Shown: one piece after another, positions 23,649 through 29,455 of the stretch
Position numbering within the stretch: position 1 is the first letter of the stretch
How the letters are laid out: each line of letters opens with the position of its first letter
The notes under the pieces: model-generated
What the model was told of the DNA's origin: nothing
Databases searched by the model: none
Seen by the model: only the letters and a program-made list of their open reading frames with translations
Source of the DNA: Bacillota bacterium
Lineage (GTDB): Bacteria > Bacillota > Clostridia > Peptostreptococcales > Anaerovoracaceae
Reading direction: 5' to 3'
DNA length: 29,455 bases
NCBI GenBank assembly: GCA_016284485.1
Contig: JAEEOX010000154.1
Span: 1 to 29,455 of the forward strand
Translations under genes and position numbers: made by a program

Positions 23649-23839
23649 TACTGTACGATCTGGATTTTTTGTAATAGTACAGTAAAAAATCTTCATTTTC
23701 CTTGGAAAAGCCTTGTTTTCAGCCTGTTTCCCTCAGTTTTCTCAAAGTAATTACTGTACATATAGAGAAAATCTATTTTGTACAGTAAAACACGGAACCT
23801 CCCTACTGTACGATTTTAATATTTTGAAATCATACAGTA
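23649..23839. repeat. Array of three TACTGTAC-N20-(G/A)TACAGTA inverted repeats
   Basis: Units at 23649-23684, 23752-23787 and 23804-23839; each spacer is exactly 20 nt. Confidence 0.9.
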
Positions 23840-23892
23840 ATGCGGGTCGACACAATTCCAAGCCTAGCCTTTTGCCCCTCGCCCAACAACAT

Positions 23893-23923
23893 AAAAACAG
23901 GCGCAGCCATGTGCTGCGCCTGT
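23893..23923 (-). terminator. Intrinsic terminator after the isomerase gene
   Basis: acaggcgcagc-catgt-gctgcgcctgt 11-bp stem followed by T run on the minus strand. Confidence 0.8.
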
Positions 23924-23941
23924 ACATTCCATTATTTTCCT

Positions 23942-25420
23942 TTAGAACGGATTCTCCCCGGGATATCTCATGCCGGCGGGCTGATTGAAGCCGATTTCGG
24001 ATACGGGCACGCCCAGAAGCTTGAAGACTTCGTAGATGGCTTTGCCGTGATGTCCGAAGGCCACCGCGCCGTGGTGCGGGAAGTGCTTTTCCAGGAGCAC
24101 GTGGCGGTAGAATCTGCCCATCTCCGGGAAGGCGAAGACACCTGTGCCGCCGTAGGAGCGTGTTGCCACCGGAAGGACCTCTCCTTCAGCGATGTACGCG
24201 CTGATGCCGCCCTCAGCTGTGCCCTGGAGGCGGTAGAGCGTCACGTCGCCGGGAACAAGGTCGCCTTCCATGGTGCCCTTGGTCACCGTCAGCGGCAGGT
24301 TGCGGCTCATTATCCTCTGGTTGCACATGGTGCGGGTCTGGAGCCTACTGGAGCAGGTGTTTCCGCAGTGGAAGCACATTATCGTGTCTGACTGTTTGTA
24401 GTCGTACTTGCCCTTGATGGACTCCTCGTACATGTCGCGGGGGATGGAGTTGTTGATGTCAAGGATGGTGACAGCGTCACCGGAGATCACCTGGCCGATG
24501 TACTCGGAGATGGCTCCGTAGATGTCCACTTCGCAGCCTACGGGGATGCCGGAGCCCGCGATGCGGGAGTTCACGTAGCAGGGCACGAAGCCGAACTCGG
24601 ACTGGAAGGCGGGCCAGCACTTGGTGGTGAGCACCACGTATTTGCGGGCACCCTTGTGCTGCTCAGCCCAGTCTCTTAAGGTCAGCTCATACTGGGCCAG
24701 CTTGGGCAGGATGTCCGGGATCAGGTTGCCTGCGCCAAGTTCTGCCGCCATGTCGGCAACTACGTCGCCGATCCTCGGATCGTCCGCGTGCTTAAGATAT
24801 GAATCGTAAAGATCCATCTCAGAGTTTTCCTCAACTTCTACGCCCAGATCGAAGATCTGCTTGATGGGAGCGTTGCAGGTCAGGAAGTCATAGGGGCGGG
24901 GTCCGAAGGAGATGAGCTTCAGGTCCTTCAGGGCAACCAGTGCCTTGGCGATGGGTACGAATTCGTTGATCCTGTCTGCCAGTTCCTCCGCGGTTCCCAC
25001 GGGGCGCTCCGGGATGTATGCTTTCACGCCTCTCATGTTCAGGTTGTAGCTTGCGCTCAAGAGGCCGCAGAGAGCGTCTCCTCTTCCGTCCAGCAGGTCC
25101 TGCTGTGACTCTTCAGCCGCCGCCACGTACATGGAGGGGCCTCCGAACTGCTTGGCGAGCATGGTCTCCGGGATCTCCGGGCCGAAGTTGCCCAGGAAAA
25201 CGCACAGCGCGTTGCATCCGGCCTCCTTCACGTCCTCCAGAGCCTTCATCATGTCGATCTCGCTCTCGATGATGGTTGGACATACGTAGAGTTCGCTTGC
25301 GTCGTACTTGGAGGCGTAGGCCTTGGCCAGCGCTTCCCTCCTGGATTCTGACAGGGACGCCGGGAAGCAGTCGCGGGAAACGGTCACGAGGCCGATCTTG
25401 ATCTGAGGTACATTGTTCAT
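23942..25420 (-). CDS. L-fucose/L-arabinose isomerase family protein
   Basis: VSRDCFP, FLGNFGPE, KCWPAFQ, CEVDIYG, FHCGNT, FPHHGAVAFGH; AAGGAG RBS. Confidence 0.8.
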   Translation of the reverse strand: MNNVPQIKIGLVTVSRDCFPASLSESRREALAKAYASKYDASELYVCPTIIESEIDMMKALEDVKEAGCNALCVFLGNFGPEIPETMLAKQFGGPSMYVAAAEESQQDLLDGRGDALCGLLSASYNLNMRGVKAYIPERPVGTAEELADRINEFVPIAKALVALKDLKLISFGPRPYDFLTCNAPIKQIFDLGVEVEENSEMDLYDSYLKHADDPRIGDVVADMAAELGAGNLIPDILPKLAQYELTLRDWAEQHKGARKYVVLTTKCWPAFQSEFGFVPCYVNSRIAGSGIPVGCEVDIYGAISEYIGQVISGDAVTILDINNSIPRDMYEESIKGKYDYKQSDTIMCFHCGNTCSSRLQTRTMCNQRIMSRNLPLTVTKGTMEGDLVPGDVTLYRLQGTAEGGISAYIAEGEVLPVATRSYGGTGVFAFPEMGRFYRHVLLEKHFPHHGAVAFGHHGKAIYEVFKLLGVPVSEIGFNQPAGMRYPGENPF

Positions 25421-25457
25421 TCTATTTCTCCTTAATATTATATTCTCTTATTTTTTT

Positions 25458-25476
25458 GCGCAAAACATCTGCGCCG
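25458..25476. repeat. Short hairpin repeat, copy 2
   Basis: gcgcaaaacatctgcgccg, identical to 5537-5555. Confidence 0.7.
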
Positions 25477-25485
25477 GGCGGTGCG

Positions 25486-25773
25486 TCACAGCCCGTCATC
25501 CTCCTTATTCCGTGCTGCCCCTGCCACCGCTTTTATCACAGCTATCACCACCACGATGACCGTGACGATCGCCAACAGTATGAAGGCCGTGAAAGTGATG
25601 GCCGGGAAGGGATGCCCCTCGCCGGATCCCGCCGGGTAGGCCGCTCCGTCGGCCGCCAGGGCCGCGATCAGTGCCAGCACATCCACCACCAGCATGATGG
25701 GGATGGCCAGCAGGCTCCTCCAGGGGGACTTTCTTTTCTTTTTTCCGTCGTCGACGTAATACTGCTTAGCCAT
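25486..25773 (-). CDS. Small two-TM hypothetical protein
   Basis: 95 aa, basic N-terminus then two hydrophobic segments; AGGAG RBS; fills the gap between pfkB and the isomerase. Confidence 0.7.
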   Translation of the reverse strand: MAKQYYVDDGKKKRKSPWRSLLAIPIMLVVDVLALIAALAADGAAYPAGSGEGHPFPAITFTAFILLAIVTVIVVVIAVIKAVAGAARNKEDDGL

Positions 25774-25783
25774 GGTTTATCTC

Positions 25784-26749
25784 CTACAGACCGCACTCCT
25801 GCACTTCCTTCAGGGTGGGGTATGAGCTGATGGTGCCCCTCTTCTGCACACTCAGAGCGCAGAAAACGTTGGCGAAGGAGATGCACTCCTTAAGCTGTTC
25901 GTTGGTCAGGCTGTCCAGAGTGTCCGGGGTCATTCCCATCTCAGCCAGCTTGTAAAGGAAGGCTCCGATGGAACCGTCGCCGGCTCCGGTGGTATCCACC
26001 ACCTCCACCTTTCTGGCAGGATCCTCGGCGTAGGCCGTCCTTGTGAAGGCCTTCATGCCCTTGTCGCCCATGGTGTAGAGCAAAACCTTCACGCCGCGGT
26101 CGAAGAACATCTGCTTGGCGATGTTCACGTTGGCGGAGGCTGTGATGAATTCAAGCTCATCATCGGAGACTTTGAGGATGTCGGTGCCGGGGATGAATTC
26201 CCAGATGGCTTTGCGAAGGGCCGCCAGGTCGTCCCAGAGGGTGAACCGAAGATTCGGGTCGAAGCTGATGATGGCTCCATTCTCCTTGGCGAGGTCGATG
26301 GCTCTCCTGTGGGCCTTCTTCATGGGGAAGTCCCCCAGAGAGACCGATCCGAACTGCAGTGCGAAGCAGTCCCTGAACCACTTGGGATCAACGTTTTCCG
26401 GCTGGAACAGCATGTCCGCGCCGGGCTTCCTGTAGAAGTCGAACTCTCGGCCGCCGTCGTATTTAAGAGATATGAATGCCAGAGATGTCTTGGCCTCTCT
26501 GGTGCGGCAGATCATACTGGTGTCGATGCCGTAGCCTCCGAAGGATTCCACGATCTTGTCGCCGAATGGATCGTCACCCACCTGGGTGATGACGCCCGCC
26601 GGGCCGCCCAGTCTGGCGTAGGCGCCGCTGACGTCCGCCGGAGCGCCGCTGGCATTGGGATAGAACGCCTCCACGTCCTTGATCGCATATGCTTTTTCAC
26701 TTGGGGCCATATCTACGATGGCTTCACCAATAGATAACAGTCTTTTCAT
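25784..26749 (-). CDS. PfkB-family carbohydrate kinase (fructokinase-like)
   Basis: Start MKRLLSIGEAIVD (AGGAGG RBS); SGAPADV, FDPNLR, KVSDDE, VDTTGAGDG. Confidence 0.9.
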   Translation of the reverse strand: MKRLLSIGEAIVDMAPSEKAYAIKDVEAFYPNASGAPADVSGAYARLGGPAGVITQVGDDPFGDKIVESFGGYGIDTSMICRTREAKTSLAFISLKYDGGREFDFYRKPGADMLFQPENVDPKWFRDCFALQFGSVSLGDFPMKKAHRRAIDLAKENGAIISFDPNLRFTLWDDLAALRKAIWEFIPGTDILKVSDDELEFITASANVNIAKQMFFDRGVKVLLYTMGDKGMKAFTRTAYAEDPARKVEVVDTTGAGDGSIGAFLYKLAEMGMTPDTLDSLTNEQLKECISFANVFCALSVQKRGTISSYPTLKEVQECGL

Positions 26750-26768
26750 GAGGACCTCCTGTTCGGTC

Positions 26769-26803
26769 AAAAAATAGCTCCGCTATATTGTATCATAGCG
26801 GAG
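26769..26803 (-). terminator. Probable terminator after the Cof gene
   Basis: ctccgctat/atagcggag 9-bp stem followed by CTA-TTTTTT on the minus strand. Confidence 0.6.
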
Positions 26804-26815
26804 GTGTATTGTCCA
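26787..26815 (-). promoter_or_regulatory. sigmaA promoter for the pfkB unit
   Basis: TGGACA (26810-26815), 17 nt, TGn-TACAAT (26787-26792). Confidence 0.7.
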
Positions 26816-26841
26816 AAGGTTGTTGCGGTAAAGCAGCGATC

Positions 26842-27651
26842 TTATTCCAGTCCCGGGATCAGCTTTTTCACCGCCTCGTTGAAGCCCTGGTCGCGGGTGC
26901 CTTCCGTGATCATGTCGGCCTCTTCCTTCACTGCATCCACGGCGTTCGCTACCGCCACCGCCGTGCCTGCCGCCCGAAGGAGTGGCAGGTCGTTGGTGTT
27001 GTCGCCGAAGGCCGCGATCTGGCTGCGTCTCACCTTGAGGTGCCTGGCCAGCATGCTCAGGGCGTAGCCCTTGTTGACGCCGGCGGGCATTATCTCAATG
27101 ATGTATCTTTCGGACTGGGCCATGTAGATCCTGAACCCCAGTCTTTTGTTGAGTTCCTCCATGTGGCGGGGGACTTCCGCCGGATCGCAGGACACCAGGA
27201 GCTTGGGTGTTTTGAAGTATTCCACACCGAGGAGGTCGCCCACCTCTCTGTACTCTGCGTACCTGAGGTCCGGATCCGGGTGGATGTCGGTGCGGAGGTT
27301 TTCGACCATTATCACGCCCCGGTCGTAGCCCTGGACGTAAAGGTCCTCTTCATGGGCATATTCCACGATGGTGCGGAAGGTCTCCTCGTCCAGGTGATTC
27401 TCGTAGATCACCTGATCCTCTCCGTCACAGCCTGGGGCTATGATCAGTCCGCCGTTGTAGCAGATGGCATAGTAAGGCAAACCGATGGATGCTCCCACAC
27501 CCTTCACGGAATTTATGGATCTGCCGGAGGAAAGGGCCAGCTTGACCCCGCGGGCCTCCGCGGCAGCCAGGAGCTTCCTGGTCTCGTCGGTGACCAGACC
27601 GTTTGCGTCCAGCATGGTATTGTCAAGGTCTGTTGCGATAAGTTTGATCAT
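26842..27651 (-). CDS. Cof-type HAD-IIB hydrolase
   Basis: IATDLDNTML, SSGR, CYNGG, EIMPAGVNKG, AFGDNTNDLPLL. Confidence 0.92.
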   Translation of the reverse strand: MIKLIATDLDNTMLDANGLVTDETRKLLAAAEARGVKLALSSGRSINSVKGVGASIGLPYYAICYNGGLIIAPGCDGEDQVIYENHLDEETFRTIVEYAHEEDLYVQGYDRGVIMVENLRTDIHPDPDLRYAEYREVGDLLGVEYFKTPKLLVSCDPAEVPRHMEELNKRLGFRIYMAQSERYIIEIMPAGVNKGYALSMLARHLKVRRSQIAAFGDNTNDLPLLRAAGTAVAVANAVDAVKEEADMITEGTRDQGFNEAVKKLIPGLE

Positions 27652-27674
27652 GGTTTTTCCTTTCGGACCGGGCC

Positions 27675-28226
27675 TCAGCCCATGGCCAGAGTTATCAGGT
27701 CGATGATCATAACGATGGCCATGATCACCAGAACTATGATGTAGAAGTAAATGATCATCTGACGGGTGCGCAGAGCGTTGGGCTTCCTGGGATGATGGAA
27801 GGCAAACATGGCTTCCGTGGGCACCGCGTCCTGGAGTTCCTTCAGGGGCTTATCCCAAAGGAGCATCACATCTGCGGGAGTCTTGCCCTCAAGGATGATG
27901 GCTTCCTGCATGTAATAGGCTCTCTCTGCAAATTCCATGTGACGGTCAAAGGCGGTGTACCATCTCTTCAAAAGACCGTAGGCCATCGCTCCTGCCGCCA
28001 GGATGATGGCGTGCATCAGGAGGGACACAGTATTTCCTGCTGTTCCGCCGAAGTTCAGTGTCAGGGTCGCTGCCGCCACCGCCAGGAAAATACTGGTGAA
28101 GGTGTAGATCTCTCCCTCTATGTGCCTGGCGTGTGCCAGGTTCTCTTTCATTATGTCCCCCAGGTAGGGCAGCATGCTGTCCTTGTCGGCATTGGCGTAT
28201 TTCAGTCTGATTTCTTTCTCGTCCAT
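27675..28226 (-). CDS. Hypothetical membrane protein (3 predicted TM segments)
   Basis: 183 aa; two adjacent hydrophobic helices, a polar/amphipathic stretch, and a C-terminal hydrophobic helix; GGAG RBS. Confidence 0.75.
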   Translation of the reverse strand: MDEKEIRLKYANADKDSMLPYLGDIMKENLAHARHIEGEIYTFTSIFLAVAAATLTLNFGGTAGNTVSLLMHAIILAAGAMAYGLLKRWYTAFDRHMEFAERAYYMQEAIILEGKTPADVMLLWDKPLKELQDAVPTEAMFAFHHPRKPNALRTRQMIIYFYIIVLVIMAIVMIIDLITLAMG

Positions 28227-28245
28227 GTTGCGGTCTCTCCTTGGA

Positions 28246-28653
28246 TCATCTCTTTATCTTCGATACCTTGAGTCTGGATGTGGCGCGGGCCAGCTGGCGC
28301 TGGGCCTCGGCGTACACTCTTTTGCTCTTGTGGCGCACCATCTCTTCCCTGGCCTGCTCGGCTGCGCGCTCGGCGCGGTTCACGTCGATCTCGTCGGGGT
28401 ACTCGGCGGCTCCCACCAGAACGGTGACTTCGCCGTCCTTGACGATCACCATGCCGTTGGAAACGAAGGCGTGCAGGTCTGCTTCGCCTTCCGGCCGGAA
28501 GGTGAGCTCACCGGGGATTATCCCTGCGATCATATTCATATGTTTTGCCTGGATCCCATACATGCCCTCGGTGGTGGGCACGATCAGGGATTCAGCCTGA
28601 CCTTCGAAGAGGTCTCTCTGGGCGGCCAGGATGTGAAGTTCGAATGTGTTCAT
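28246..28653 (-). CDS. atpC: F1 ATP synthase epsilon subunit
   Basis: EGMYGIQAKH, AFVSNG, VTVLV, EIDVNRAERA, C-terminal helical hairpin; follows atpD. Confidence 0.92.
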   Translation of the reverse strand: MNTFELHILAAQRDLFEGQAESLIVPTTEGMYGIQAKHMNMIAGIIPGELTFRPEGEADLHAFVSNGMVIVKDGEVTVLVGAAEYPDEIDVNRAERAAEQAREEMVRHKSKRVYAEAQRQLARATSRLKVSKIKR

Positions 28654-28677
28654 TGCTGCACGCGCATGTCTTGCGCA

Positions 28678-29454
<777 letters not shown>

Positions 29455-29455
29455 G

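Noticed and set aside
23649-23839. CRISPR or TIGR-type guide array
   Set aside because: Units are not contiguous (gaps of 67 and 16 nt), only 8-bp arms are conserved, and no cas or Nop-domain gene is nearby.
23649-23839. LexA SOS boxes (TACTGT...ACAGTA resembles the E. coli box)
   Set aside because: CTGT-ACAG spacing is 24 nt rather than 8; firmicute LexA uses GAAC-N4-GTTC; no promoter context.

Overview
GC-rich, gene-dense window from what looks like an anaerobic Clostridia-type firmicute (inferred from gene content, GGAGG RBSs and sigmaA/sigma54 promoters). Almost all genes are on the minus strand. In transcription order (right to left): the 3' end of an F-type ATP synthase operon (atpD partial, atpC), an unknown membrane protein, a Cof hydrolase, a PfkB kinase, a small membrane protein and a fucose-isomerase-like gene. 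A plus-strand ArsR-EamA-membrane protein-HD hydrolase unit follows. Next is a complete sigma54-controlled oxidative ornithine catabolism cluster (RocR-like activator, ord, ortA, ortB, oraS, oraE, GlmL/MutL-like reactivase, orr). The window ends with DUF2804, a phosphohexomutase, a cobamide nucleotide-loop cluster (cobT, cobU, cobS, short cobU-like, cobC-like), a 61-aa ORF, a PucR regulator, an EamA transporter and a truncated YgjV-like gene. I saw no rRNA, tRNA, CRISPR array, transposase or integrase. The most unusual signals are non-coding or accessory. (1) Three related, highly folded intergenic elements lie inside the ornithine operon; they share core motifs but have different self-complementary stems, and their outer arms pair over the stop codon of the preceding gene. 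(2) A helically phased array of three TACTGTAC-N20-(G/A)TACAGTA inverted repeats lies between two convergent terminators. (3) The GlmL-like protein has a ~137-aa C-terminal extension ending in C-x3-C-x2-C-x4-C. All family assignments are by motif recognition from memory, not database searches.
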